Below, piece by piece: positions 55,218-64,000 of a DNA stretch of 64,000 nt. The notes beneath the pieces are model-generated. The model had not been told where the DNA came from. It saw nothing but the letters and a program-made list of their open reading frames with translations, and did no database searches. Where the stretch lies: contig VMFP01000003.1 in the NCBI GenBank assembly GCA_007376145.1, positions 28,741 to 92,740 on the forward strand. Reading direction: 5' to 3'. The DNA is from Parcubacteria group bacterium Gr01-1014_38 (GTDB taxonomy: Bacteria > Patescibacteriota > Andersenbacteria > UBA10190 > CAIZMI01). The translations under genes and the position numbers were made by a program. Every line of letters starts with the position of its first letter. The stretch's first letter is position 1.

Positions 55218-57386
55218 GTGCGCTTCTGCGTGCAGATCCAAGCCGAGAGACCAACTCCATTTGCGGTCCTTCTTGGGACATCCTACGATCTCCTGGGCCG
55301 TATGCGGTTCTGGCTTTGGCAGTTCGAGCATCGCAAGCGCGTTGAGCTCGTCCGTCTTGGTCTTGTCACCATTCTCGACGAAGGTCTCCGCCCTTTCATC
55401 ACAAAGGCGGTTCGTTACGTTCTTCGGTCATGGGGGCGGAGAACTGCGGTTCCCAAGACTCCTGACGATCTTCCCCATGTGCTCTTCTGGGTGCGTCGGC
55501 ACCGGATCCCCGTATCGATTGTTATTCCGAATTATGGCCAACCGGATCTTCTCCAGAGGTGCGTTGCGAGTCTTCAGCATGCCGGGGCAGAAGAACTTAT
55601 CGTCGTGGATGATGGAAGTCCACCGCACGTACAAGAAATCATCAAGAAGCTTCCCTGCCGTACTATCTGCCTGCCGACGAATCGGGGGTTTTCCAATGCA
55701 GTGATCGCTGGCGTCGCTGCCGCTCGGAAGATCAATGACATTGTGATTCTCAACAGCGATGCCGAGGCACATCCGCATTGGCTCGATCATCTCAAATTCT
55801 GTGCCTACCGCGATGCCCGCATCGGCATTGTTGGTCCGAAACTCGTGTATCCCAATGGGAGCATTCAATCCGCGGGGTCGTTTCGAAATGTCGAGGCCCG
55901 TGAGTGGTTTGATCATTACTTCCGGTACCGGGAGGCTTCCTATCCTCCCGCAAACGTCGAGCAGGATGTGATGGCGGTGACAGGCGCTGCCATGTACATC
56001 AAGCGATCGGTCATTCGTACGATCGGTGGATTCGATCCAGAGTTTCCGATGGCTTTTGAGGATGTCGACTACTGTCTCCGCGCCCGACAACAGGGGTTCC
56101 GGGTTCTGTACTGCCCTCACGCCGTCCTTACCCACTTCGAGGGTGCATCACGGGGAAGAGTCCAGGGGCCCCGTGAGCTGTCCTCGAAGAGCTATTTCTG
56201 GAAGAAGTGGGGTCCGACGCTCAACGTGCGTCCGGTGCTGTCCGATTCCGGTTCGCTGAGAATCATCTATGTTCTTCAGAAGACGAACATCGCCGGAGGG
56301 CATCGTGATGTCTTTGAGCACTTAAATCGGTTACAGGAACGCGGTCACGATGTGTCCTTGTACGCCCTTGAGGGAAAGCCCGCCTGGTTCGACTTGAACG
56401 CGCCGGTCGTTTCCTTCTTCACCTATGGCCAGCTCACGCGGGCACTCGCCGCGATTCCCGCGATCAAAGTTGCAACGTGGTGGCAAACGGCATTCCCAGT
56501 CTGGTCTGCTTCCCTTTTTACTGGCATTCCTGTCTACTTTGTCCAAGACGTCGAGGCGTCATATTACGACGAAACGCAACCCACGGAACGCGCACGGGTA
56601 CTCGCAAGCTACCGGAAGGAATTCCATTACCTAACGATTTCCCGTTGGATTCAAGCCACTCTGTGGGACATCGGTATTACGTCGGCGCTCGCTCCGCCCT
56701 GGTATAATACTGATCTCTTTGGCCCTGATCCACTCGTGCAGAGAGAGCACGATGTTCTCCTCGCGATTGGGCGAAGTCACCCACTGAAGAATTTCCTAAT
56801 GACTGTTCGCGCGTGGAAAGCAATGACGCCATCCCCGCGCCTGTGGCTCTTTGGTGTCGAACCCTCGGTCGCAGAGGGACTTGGAGCAACATATTTCCTC
56901 CAGCCACCTGACCGAGATGTCGCTCGTCTCTATCGCCGCGCGACCGTGTTTGTGCAAACCTCTCGTCACGAAGGCTTCGGATTACCGATATTGGAAGCAA
57001 TGGCGTGCGGCTGCCCCGTCGTCTGCACCAGTGCGGATGGCAACGTGGACTTCTGCCGAGATGGCTATAACTGCCTCATCGTTCCCCAAGACGACGCTGC
57101 GGCTCTCGTGCGCATGCTTGAGGTGCTCCTTCGTGACAAGCGCTTGCAAGAAAAGCTCCGGCAGGGCGGGTACGAGACCGTATCACGGTACAGGAACGAT
57201 CACCTTGTCGATCGTCTCGAGACCTTCTATCTCCAGTTGGCCGAAACGTACGCGCCGTATGGTCATCTATCCAGCCGGATCTCGGTTGGCGCATCACAGC
57301 GAGCACCGGCCTCGCTTCTGTCTGAGGATCGCATGGGCGAAGCGCTTGAGGTCTCGAAGCGGTTTCGTGAGTCTCCAGCTCGCTGA
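55218..57386 (+). CDS. Bifunctional glycosyltransferase (N-terminal GT2, C-terminal GT4)
   Basis: 'VSIVIPNYGQ...VVDDGS' GT2 region, then 'SRHEGFGLPILEAMACGCPVV' GT4 region. The alternative start ATG 55302 is plausible. The 3' end overlaps the convergent methyltransferase gene by 93 nt. Confidence 0.7.
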   Translation: MRFCVQIQAERPTPFAVLLGTSYDLLGRMRFWLWQFEHRKRVELVRLGLVTILDEGLRPFITKAVRYVLRSWGRRTAVPKTPDDLPHVLFWVRRHRIPVSIVIPNYGQPDLLQRCVASLQHAGAEELIVVDDGSPPHVQEIIKKLPCRTICLPTNRGFSNAVIAGVAAARKINDIVILNSDAEAHPHWLDHLKFCAYRDARIGIVGPKLVYPNGSIQSAGSFRNVEAREWFDHYFRYREASYPPANVEQDVMAVTGAAMYIKRSVIRTIGGFDPEFPMAFEDVDYCLRARQQGFRVLYCPHAVLTHFEGASRGRVQGPRELSSKSYFWKKWGPTLNVRPVLSDSGSLRIIYVLQKTNIAGGHRDVFEHLNRLQERGHDVSLYALEGKPAWFDLNAPVVSFFTYGQLTRALAAIPAIKVATWWQTAFPVWSASLFTGIPVYFVQDVEASYYDETQPTERARVLASYRKEFHYLTISRWIQATLWDIGITSALAPPWYNTDLFGPDPLVQREHDVLLAIGRSHPLKNFLMTVRAWKAMTPSPRLWLFGVEPSVAEGLGATYFLQPPDRDVARLYRRATVFVQTSRHEGFGLPILEAMACGCPVVCTSADGNVDFCRDGYNCLIVPQDDAAALVRMLEVLLRDKRLQEKLRQGGYETVSRYRNDHLVDRLETFYLQLAETYAPYGHLSSRISVGASQRAPASLLSEDRMGEALEVSKRFRESPAR

Positions 57387-58226
57387 GGAGTGGAGCATTG
57401 CCAATTGATCGGTCTGCAACTGAATGAGCCGGTCTTTTTCCCGGAGCAGTGCCTCACGTCGGTCCCTTTCAGCGCGTTCTCCGAAGAGTTCAATCCAACT
57501 GTGGAGCCAGGGAGGGCGAAACAGCATGATCCAAATATCGTCGGGAGGCTCAATGATGCTGTCGGAGGCTGCCACGATGCTATAGAGGCAATCAGCCAGG
57601 CTAGCCGGCATGTGGCAGAAGACGGCAGGAGAGCCAAACCTCCCGTGGTGCTTATTGACATGCTCGGGGTCTCCGATGAGGGAGGCGAAACTGCTGAACT
57701 GCGATCTCGTCCAGGTGTACCGAAACACAGACCGCACGATTGTTTCAAGCTCCGCCGGGGTGAATTCGCGCGTGTGGAACGGGTTCTCTCCTGGATACGT
57801 TTCTCGATTTGGGGTTGAGAGAAGGAGCATTCCTTCTTGATCCAACACGCGTTTGATTTCGCGGAGGAACCGTTGCACGTCCTTCAGGTGTTCAATCGTT
57901 TCGAAGGAGACGACGAGATCCACCGATCGATCGGCGAGGGGAAGATCAAGGGCATCGGCAGCAAGGAAGCGAATGTTCTCTGCACCATGCCGTTCCCGGG
58001 CGTACGCGATGGTTTTCTCATCCCGGTCGATGCTGTACACTGCGCGTGCGCCGGCGTCCGCGAGCATCTGAGAGCCGTACCCGCTCCCACACGCCACGTC
58101 GAGGACTCTCTTTCCTCGTGCGAATGCACAACTAAACATGTACCGGAGCAGATGCTCAACGAGAATCGGATCACCCTGCTGGAGTTCTGGAATGACGCGT
58201 TCCCCCGTATACACCGGTTGCGTCAT
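57294..58226 (-). CDS. Class I SAM-dependent methyltransferase with C-terminal coiled coil (WbdD-like terminator candidate)
   Basis: 'VLDVACGSGYGS' motif I, 'DLVVSFETIEHL', and a C-terminal coiled coil. Confidence 0.7.
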   Translation of the reverse strand: MTQPVYTGERVIPELQQGDPILVEHLLRYMFSCAFARGKRVLDVACGSGYGSQMLADAGARAVYSIDRDEKTIAYARERHGAENIRFLAADALDLPLADRSVDLVVSFETIEHLKDVQRFLREIKRVLDQEGMLLLSTPNRETYPGENPFHTREFTPAELETIVRSVFRYTWTRSQFSSFASLIGDPEHVNKHHGRFGSPAVFCHMPASLADCLYSIVAASDSIIEPPDDIWIMLFRPPWLHSWIELFGERAERDRREALLREKDRLIQLQTDQLAMLHSSASWRLTKPLRDLKRFAHAILRQKRGRCSL

Positions 58227-59491
58227 GTCGCGGTCGCCTTCGCGTTTTTTTGGATGGGGAAGCTCAGGGCTTCTGAACCCTGGGGCGAGGCGCGGAAGAT
58301 GCGAATGTCGTGCTGAAAGTGGGCCATACCGCCTGTATCGAAGGGTCGGTCGACAAAAAACGCGCCGACGTGTTCTCGCCAGTCGTGAAACGAGCGCAGA
58401 TTCCGATGGGCAATCGCCGGTGAAATGGTGTACCGTCCGACCTCCAGTTCATTCGGAAGTCGGAATTCAACCGTCACGAGTTCCCCTGCGGTGTACCTAT
58501 CCGTGTCTACCCGTTGCCAATGCGTGTTCGTCACAAAGATGTTCCGCACGTGTGCATCATGGATAATCAGACCAAACACGGGTTGCTCACACGTTTCTTC
58601 GAACACCACGTCAAGGCAGATTGAAATCACTTCATTCGCGTGAAAGACCGTGGTCTCTTGCCCTCCATCATTCACGAAGCGAACCCTCATAATTTTTGCC
58701 TTTCCGTCCCCAAAGCGTCGTTCTTTGGTCGGAACGTCTGTCTGGCGTCGCTCCCACTGGAGCTCTCGGTAGCGTGCGATCACTTCTTCCGGGATGCCCT
58801 GAGCGACAATCGATCCTTGGTGTAGCAGAATGATACGATCAGCGAATTCACGGATACTCCCAAGATCGTGGCTCACGAGGACCACCGTCTTTCTCTCTTC
58901 TTTGAATCGCGCAAATACCCGAAAGCAGCGTTCCTGAAATTCGGCGTCGCCAACAGCGAGGACTTCGTCTAAAAGGAGAATGTCCGCCGGAACATGGATT
59001 GCTACCGAGAAGGCCAGGCGCACCTGCATACCAGACGACAACGTTTTGAGTTTGGCCTCCATGAATTGCTCGAGTCCGGCGAATGCAGCGATATCGGTAT
59101 ACCGGTGTCGGATCTCGATGAGGGACAGTCCCAGCACCGTCCCGTACAAGAAGACGTTTTCCCGGGCGGTCAATTCAGGGTGAAATCCGACGCCGAGTTC
59201 GAGGAATGGCGAGACCGTACCCTGGACCATCACGGTACCGGTCGTCGGCGGATAGATTCGAGTAAGGATTTTAAGAAGAGTGCTTTTCCCTGATCCGTTC
59301 GGTCCGATAATGCCGAGGAACTCCCCTGGGCGCACGGAGAAATTGACGTCTCTCAGCGCGTCGAGACGCTCGTGCGGGGATGGGGGTCTTTCCCGTGTCC
59401 ACAAAGCATCATGGAGAGATCTCGAGCGGGCATGCGGGAAAGGGAAGCTCTTGGTCAGGTTGCGGACGTGGATGATCGGTGTTCCCATCAT
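58223..59491 (-). CDS. Polysaccharide ABC transporter ATP-binding protein (Wzt-like with C-terminal glycan-binding domain)
   Basis: Walker A 'GPNGSGKST', signature 'LSSGMQ', Walker B 'LLLDE', and a roughly 170-aa C-terminal extension. Confidence 0.85.
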   Translation of the reverse strand: MMGTPIIHVRNLTKSFPFPHARSRSLHDALWTRERPPSPHERLDALRDVNFSVRPGEFLGIIGPNGSGKSTLLKILTRIYPPTTGTVMVQGTVSPFLELGVGFHPELTARENVFLYGTVLGLSLIEIRHRYTDIAAFAGLEQFMEAKLKTLSSGMQVRLAFSVAIHVPADILLLDEVLAVGDAEFQERCFRVFARFKEERKTVVLVSHDLGSIREFADRIILLHQGSIVAQGIPEEVIARYRELQWERRQTDVPTKERRFGDGKAKIMRVRFVNDGGQETTVFHANEVISICLDVVFEETCEQPVFGLIIHDAHVRNIFVTNTHWQRVDTDRYTAGELVTVEFRLPNELEVGRYTISPAIAHRNLRSFHDWREHVGAFFVDRPFDTGGMAHFQHDIRIFRASPQGSEALSFPIQKNAKATAT

Positions 59492-60294
59492 AGATACTCA
59501 GAGACTGTAGGCGCGGTGCGCTGGAATATGTAGATGCTTGCGGCAAAGATCATCCCAATCATTCCTGCTGCCGTAAGAAGAGGGAGGAGAGACATATCCG
59601 ACGGTTGGAGGATTCCAGACCTCGCACTTTGGATAAGCAGAGCCATCGGGTTGAAGGAGAGTACGTGTCGTAGTCGTTCTGGTGTCATATTCGGCGGGTA
59701 AATGATCGGTGTCACAAAAAACCCAAGCGTGAGAAGAACTTCCCACAGCTGCTTGAGGTCTCGATACCGAACAAAGAGCGGCGCGAGGAAGAGGGAGATC
59801 GCCAAAATGAGCATCGCCGTCAAGACGCAGGATCCGAGAAAGAGAAGGAGGCCGCTGAGCCTGAGTATGATTGGTTGAGCGGCAACAAATGGAATAATCA
59901 CGAGTAGGTTGAGGAGAAACGTGAGCGTTACCTGGAGTGTCGAAGCAGCTGCGATCGTCCACAGGGATACCGGTACCTTCGTGAGAATGTGTCCCTTGGC
60001 GAACAGGGATTGCATGCCTGTACTCGTGCCTTCTGCAAAGTAGTTCCAGAAGAGGATCCCGATAAGGAGTTCCGCAGCGTACATCGGCACTCCTCGGCCA
60101 AAGGGGATAGAGAAGACAGTGTAGAGAGTGGCGAAGATGAGAAGTGGCTTGAGCACGGCCCAGAGATAGCCGAGCCGGGACCCGCTATACCGGACCTTCC
60201 AATCCGTCTTCGCGAGCGTCCAGATCAGCTCCCATGTCCGGGTAAGGTTCTGTCTCATCATAGTAAGGGTGGGAGATCTGGAATGCGCGCCCAC
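59488..60294 (-). CDS. ABC-2 type polysaccharide exporter permease (Wzm-like)
   Basis: Six TM segments. Overlaps the ATPase gene. Confidence 0.8.
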   Translation of the reverse strand: MGAHSRSPTLTMMRQNLTRTWELIWTLAKTDWKVRYSGSRLGYLWAVLKPLLIFATLYTVFSIPFGRGVPMYAAELLIGILFWNYFAEGTSTGMQSLFAKGHILTKVPVSLWTIAAASTLQVTLTFLLNLLVIIPFVAAQPIILRLSGLLLFLGSCVLTAMLILAISLFLAPLFVRYRDLKQLWEVLLTLGFFVTPIIYPPNMTPERLRHVLSFNPMALLIQSARSGILQPSDMSLLPLLTAAGMIGMIFAASIYIFQRTAPTVSEYL

Positions 60295-62186
60295 TGCTCT
60301 CGGAAGAATGCGGCGCGGGCGGTGTTCCCGCGTTTCTCGAGTACCGCGAGAAGCTCCCGGTAGAGCCGCGGGAGCTGCTGCACCGTGGGCGTCCAGCGAA
60401 GGAAGTAGAGCTGACTCCCGAGATCGTCATTGAGGGGAAAGCGCTGCTCCGCGCTTTCCAGAAGGAGGCGTTCTGCGCCTGCGAGGTCTCCCTGCTTCCG
60501 GAGGATCTTCGCGAGTCGGATGGCGGGGTGGGGAGTGCGAAAGGGGGTCATCCGGATTGCCCGCTCGTACCGGGTTCTCGCCGTTGCGGGGTCTTTCTGC
60601 CACTCGCTGAGTTCGCCGAGGGCGATCCACGCATCGCTTCGCCACGGAGCCAGGGTGGTCGCCTCCCGCAGCGCCTCCTCCGCCGTTCGAAAATCCTTCT
60701 GGAGGAACGCGGTCTGCGCACGCAAGCGATGTCCGGCTTCGGACCACGGATTGAGGAGCACGAGTCTGTCCGCAACCCGCGCAGTTCTTTCCAGATTGTT
60801 TTGGGCAAGTGCGGCGGTGAACTGCCGATTGCCATACGCTTCTGCGCCCAGCCACGCAGCAGCGGTGAGGAGAATTGCCGCGAAACTACCAGCGATGCGT
60901 CGGCTGATTACCCACGTCGGTTGCCGAACTCCCTGTGCGGCGAGCGCCGGTGACGCGAAGAGGAGTGCAACCAGGGTTGCGAACAGTGCCTGGAGTCCAA
61001 GAAAACTCCAGTCCACATCAATGAGGAAGCGCAGCAGACCGGCGATGAGGCTGACTCCCATCGCTGCGGTCAGAAGCACATCCGTATTTCCGGGGCTGGT
61101 CCCAAGATCCCGGCGCACCCGCAGCGCGCGCCACGCGCGCTGGAGAATGGCGGCGAAGAACAGAAAGAAGGTCATTCCGCCCACGGTACCGAGCTCGGCA
61201 AACATCTCCAACACTTCGTTGTGCGCGTGCGCGGCGTAGCGCCAGGGAGCCCGCTGAAAGTGGAGAAATGCGTCTGCAAAGGTCCCGGCACCTGTGCCGA
61301 CAACCGGACGCTCTTCCAGCGCGCGGCGGGCCACGTACACCGCGTCCACCCGGAGGTTACCACTGCTCGTTCGCTCGGAGCCGAATTCCGAGGCGAGGGA
61401 AGCTCCACGCTCGAGGAATGCTGCCGCCAGCCCGGGAAACTGGAGCGCCACAATCAGGAGCACCCCTCCGCCCCCAAGGACGAGCAGCGCAGACTGGCGG
61501 ATGCGGGGGCGAAGGACGTACAGCGAGAGGAGAAGAGCAGCGATCCCGATCAGCCAACTCCCCCGAGAGAAGGTGAGCGCGAGGAGAACGATCACGCCGA
61601 GAACGAACATGCCTCCCAAGAATTTCCTCGCCGGTGTCTTCGCGACCACCATCGTGCCCCACAACAGGGGGAGACTGACCGCGAGAAATCCGCCCATCTG
61701 GTTGTACCAGAAGAATGGTCCCCGCAATTGGTGATCGGCGCGCGGCGGGCCCTCCAGGAAATATTGAATGGCACTCCCCAGCGCAATGAGCACGAGGAGG
61801 ACCATGAGGCTCTGCACTCCCCACCGCCAGCGCTGCGGGTCCTGAAAGAGCGTGGTGAGTGTGAGGATGAGGACCAAGAGACTGAACATCCGCACCAGTT
61901 CTTTGAGGCTCGCGTCTGGGTTGACCGTCGTTCCCAGACTGATGAGCGCAGCAATGAACGTGACTCCCAGGGTCCAGATGATCACCTTGGGCGCACGCAC
62001 CGTTTCCTGTGGAGCAAGGGTCAGGTGGAGAAGCAGCAAACCGCCGCTCCATAGCGTCACGAACAGCGTTGCCCAGTCCTCGAAGACCGTGTTGCCGCGC
62101 ACGAGAAGAACGAGGAGACCCGCCCACCAGACCCCCAGCGTGACCCGTTCGCGGGACGAAAGGGTCGGGAAGAGGCGAAGGATCAT
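60258..62186 (-). CDS. O-antigen ligase/polymerase-like membrane protein with C-terminal TPR repeats
   Basis: More than ten TM helices, the Wzy_C-type loop region, and C-terminal TPR-like repeats. The start is taken at the internal Met (MILRLFP, 62186) rather than the GC-rich upstream extension to 62426. Confidence 0.6.
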   Translation of the reverse strand: MILRLFPTLSSRERVTLGVWWAGLLVLLVRGNTVFEDWATLFVTLWSGGLLLLHLTLAPQETVRAPKVIIWTLGVTFIAALISLGTTVNPDASLKELVRMFSLLVLILTLTTLFQDPQRWRWGVQSLMVLLVLIALGSAIQYFLEGPPRADHQLRGPFFWYNQMGGFLAVSLPLLWGTMVVAKTPARKFLGGMFVLGVIVLLALTFSRGSWLIGIAALLLSLYVLRPRIRQSALLVLGGGGVLLIVALQFPGLAAAFLERGASLASEFGSERTSSGNLRVDAVYVARRALEERPVVGTGAGTFADAFLHFQRAPWRYAAHAHNEVLEMFAELGTVGGMTFFLFFAAILQRAWRALRVRRDLGTSPGNTDVLLTAAMGVSLIAGLLRFLIDVDWSFLGLQALFATLVALLFASPALAAQGVRQPTWVISRRIAGSFAAILLTAAAWLGAEAYGNRQFTAALAQNNLERTARVADRLVLLNPWSEAGHRLRAQTAFLQKDFRTAEEALREATTLAPWRSDAWIALGELSEWQKDPATARTRYERAIRMTPFRTPHPAIRLAKILRKQGDLAGAERLLLESAEQRFPLNDDLGSQLYFLRWTPTVQQLPRLYRELLAVLEKRGNTARAAFFREQWARIPDLPPLL

Positions 62187-62327
62187 CGAGCGGAAGCGTA
62201 CCACGGTGTCGATCTTGAAGGACCGTGGTGTGACGAAGACCGTGTGCCCCCGGTCGCTCGATCCGACTGATTGACTCCGCGCTCTGTTCGGTGATACAGT
62301 GAAAAATATCCACACCTGAACATACAT

Positions 62328-64000
62328 ATGGACAAGCGGCATCTTCCTCGGATCCTCCGGAGGGCGGGGGTGGGGATCTTCCTCGTGAGCGTCGGGCTGC
62401 TGGCGGGGGAGACGGCACGGGCACAACCTTCCCCACCGCCAACCTTGAACTTCGCCGTTAGACTCCCGCCGGACTTTGAGTACTCCTTCGGCGCCTTCTC
62501 CGTGAGACCGGGCGTTCCAGCCGGTCAGATAGAACTGCTGGTCTCCGGACCGACCCTGGCCGCCAGACGGGCGGAGGGGGAGACGGTGGGCAGGGTACGA
62601 CTTAACCTCGCCTCACGTTCGATAAGTCAGCTAGGCCCACTTTTCAATCCCGGTGGGGTCATTTGGAACGACCGGCATTTGATATGGGGTTTAGCCCACA
62701 TAGGCGGCAGGATCTTGCAGTCCCGTCGCGAGTACTATAACGTTTCCGGGGAGAACCACCCCTGGTTGGCCCACTCCGGGGACCTTGACGGCTTCACTTC
62801 CCCGGTAGGCCCGTTCCAGGAGCTTGCCTTTCCGAATAATTACACCGCCGCACACCTTATCCCGATACCGGCTTCCTTCGGTTCCGCGTACCTTGGCGGG
62901 GACAACGTCGGCTTCGGCGCCTCCGGCGTCTCTGGGGCCACGTCCACGGGAGGTCCAGCCTTATTCTCCACGGTGGTACCGTCCGCCGACTTCGCCGGTC
63001 ATCCCATCCTCTACTATCCCCACGACCGCCCGGAGACCTGGATAGCCGGGCTTCCAGATAGGTTCACTGGGGAACCGTCCGCGTGGAATAACTCCAGTTA
63101 CGTCAGCGGCGGGACGTTCACGGCCGGCGACGACGCCCTGTTCGGCGGGGTGCAGGGCTATCGCCCCAGGCCGGCACCTGGGTCGAGTAACGCCTCCATG
63201 AGGGTGGAGGCGAGGTTAGTTCGGTACGGGGCCGCGGCCCTTGGGCAACACGCCGTCGCCGTGAGGGCCGGGACCGCCAACCCCTGGGACCTACAGCCGA
63301 CGCAGGTCATAGACCTGACGCCAGTGCATTACTACTCCGACGCCCACGAGGAAATGATTTGGCACTACACGCACGTGAAGGTATTCCCGGGTTCCGTCCC
63401 GCCGAGGTTCTATACGGAGGCCGAGGCCGAGGCCGTTTGGATCTCCATTGCGAATACGGTGCCTTACGCTTACACCGACGCGGACGGGACGACCTGGAGA
63501 GCGAGGGACCTGGGCTTTCTACTCCCCGTCTGGGATCGAGTCAATAACCTCCTGCTGGTGATGGCCCAGAACGGATACCTGGAGGCCGACGGTTGGCAGA
63601 ACAGGCCGATACTCTACGTCCTCACATACACCACCCCTTCCGGCAGGCCCGTCATCACCCGGCATCCCGCCAACCAGACCGTTATCGTAGGGCAGGCGGC
63701 TACCTTCTCGGTCCAGGCCTCGGGCGACGCGCCCTTGTCCTACCAATGGCAAAGAAACGGCGTCAATATCGCCGGAGCCATTGCTTCCAACTATACTACC
63801 CCGGCCACTACGCTGGCCGATAACGGAGCTCAATTCCGCTCTGTGGTGACGAACGCGGCCGGAAGCGCCACCAGCAACGCGGCCACCTTGACCGTGACTC
63901 CCCCTCCTCCCGCCCCCTCCTCCCGGTCTCCCCACCCTCTCCTTCCGCAGTCCCCCCTCCGGTCACACCGTGAATCGGGGCATCACCTTCCCCGTCCAGC
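62328..64000 (+). CDS. Secreted protein with C-terminal Ig-like domain (3'-truncated by window edge)
   Basis: Hand-translated open frame from ATG 62328 to the window end. It is not in the ORF track because it lacks a stop in the window. Signal peptide 'GIFLVSVGLLAGETARA'. Ig-like repeat 'PVITRHPANQTVIVGQAATFSVQASGDAPLSYQWQRNGVNIAGA...DNGAQFRSVVTNAAGSATSNAATLTVT'. Confidence 0.6.
   Translation, partial: MDKRHLPRILRRAGVGIFLVSVGLLAGETARAQPSPPPTLNFAVRLPPDFEYSFGAFSVRPGVPAGQIELLVSGPTLAARRAEGETVGRVRLNLASRSISQLGPLFNPGGVIWNDRHLIWGLAHIGGRILQSRREYYNVSGENHPWLAHSGDLDGFTSPVGPFQELAFPNNYTAAHLIPIPASFGSAYLGGDNVGFGASGVSGATSTGGPALFSTVVPSADFAGHPILYYPHDRPETWIAGLPDRFTGEPSAWNNSSYVSGGTFTAGDDALFGGVQGYRPRPAPGSSNASMRVEARLVRYGAAALGQHAVAVRAGTANPWDLQPTQVIDLTPVHYYSDAHEEMIWHYTHVKVFPGSVPPRFYTEAEAEAVWISIANTVPYAYTDADGTTWRARDLGFLLPVWDRVNNLLLVMAQNGYLEADGWQNRPILYVLTYTTPSGRPVITRHPANQTVIVGQAATFSVQASGDAPLSYQWQRNGVNIAGAIASNYTTPATTLADNGAQFRSVVTNAAGSATSNAATLTVTPPPPAPSSRSPHPLLPQSPLRSHRESGHHLPRP

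Noticed and set aside
60427-62442. Several 140-360-aa ORFs in alternative frames within the O-antigen-ligase-like gene, and the upstream extension of that gene to 62426
   Set aside because: The polytopic membrane protein frame is the only one with coherent TM-helix periodicity. The N-terminal extension is Pro/Arg-rich and lacks an RBS, so the internal Met at 62186 is preferred.
1-64000. CRISPR arrays, rRNA genes, integrase/transposase genes
   Set aside because: No regularly spaced short direct repeats with unique spacers, no rRNA-like conserved stretches, and no recombinase or transposase motifs were found on either strand. The island's mobility genes, if any, must lie elsewhere or have decayed.

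Overview
This window is high-GC bacterial chromosome that carries a roughly 15.6-kb compositionally foreign island between 2665 and 18275. The GC contrast is judged by eye, not computed, and the island is visibly AT-richer from about 8.3 kb onward. The island is bracketed by a perfect 31-bp direct repeat at 2634-2664 and 18276-18306. It is followed by two small cassette-like ORFs that are separated by imperfect copies of a related roughly 57-bp repeat between 18265 and 20083. This pattern resembles serial integration at a single att-like site, although no integrase is visible in the window. The island carries three gene groups. The first is a translationally coupled plus-strand array: a small wHTH protein, a PLD-nuclease/SNF2-helicase fusion, a large Eco57I/PglX-like N6-adenine methyltransferase, a SIR2-like protein, a small HNH nuclease, and three unknown proteins. 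The second is a convergent set of singletons. The third is a minus-strand cluster of nucleotide and N-glycosidic-bond enzymes: a HAD hydrolase, two paralogous nucleoside-deoxyribosyltransferase/DNPH1-like proteins, a MUG/TDG-like glycosylase-superfamily protein, and an unknown protein. The host backbone includes an HprK-related kinase, a CofE-like ligase, an RRM protein, a CCA-adding enzyme, dnaG-rpoD, an M23 peptidase, tRNA-Asn(GTT), a PurD-like ATP-grasp protein, a DEAD-box helicase, and msrA/msrB. It also contains a complete type IV pilus locus: pilB, pilC, pseudopilins, a PilM-PilN fusion, a PilO-like protein and the major pilin. That locus includes two giant paralogous pilin-like proteins carrying LVIVD-type beta-propeller repeats. 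Finally, there is an ABC-transporter-dependent surface-glycan cluster (sugar-phosphate transferase, GT2/GT4 enzymes, a SAM methyltransferase, Wzm/Wzt, and an O-antigen-ligase-like TPR protein) and a 3'-truncated secreted Ig-like-domain protein. No CRISPR array, rRNA or integrase was seen.
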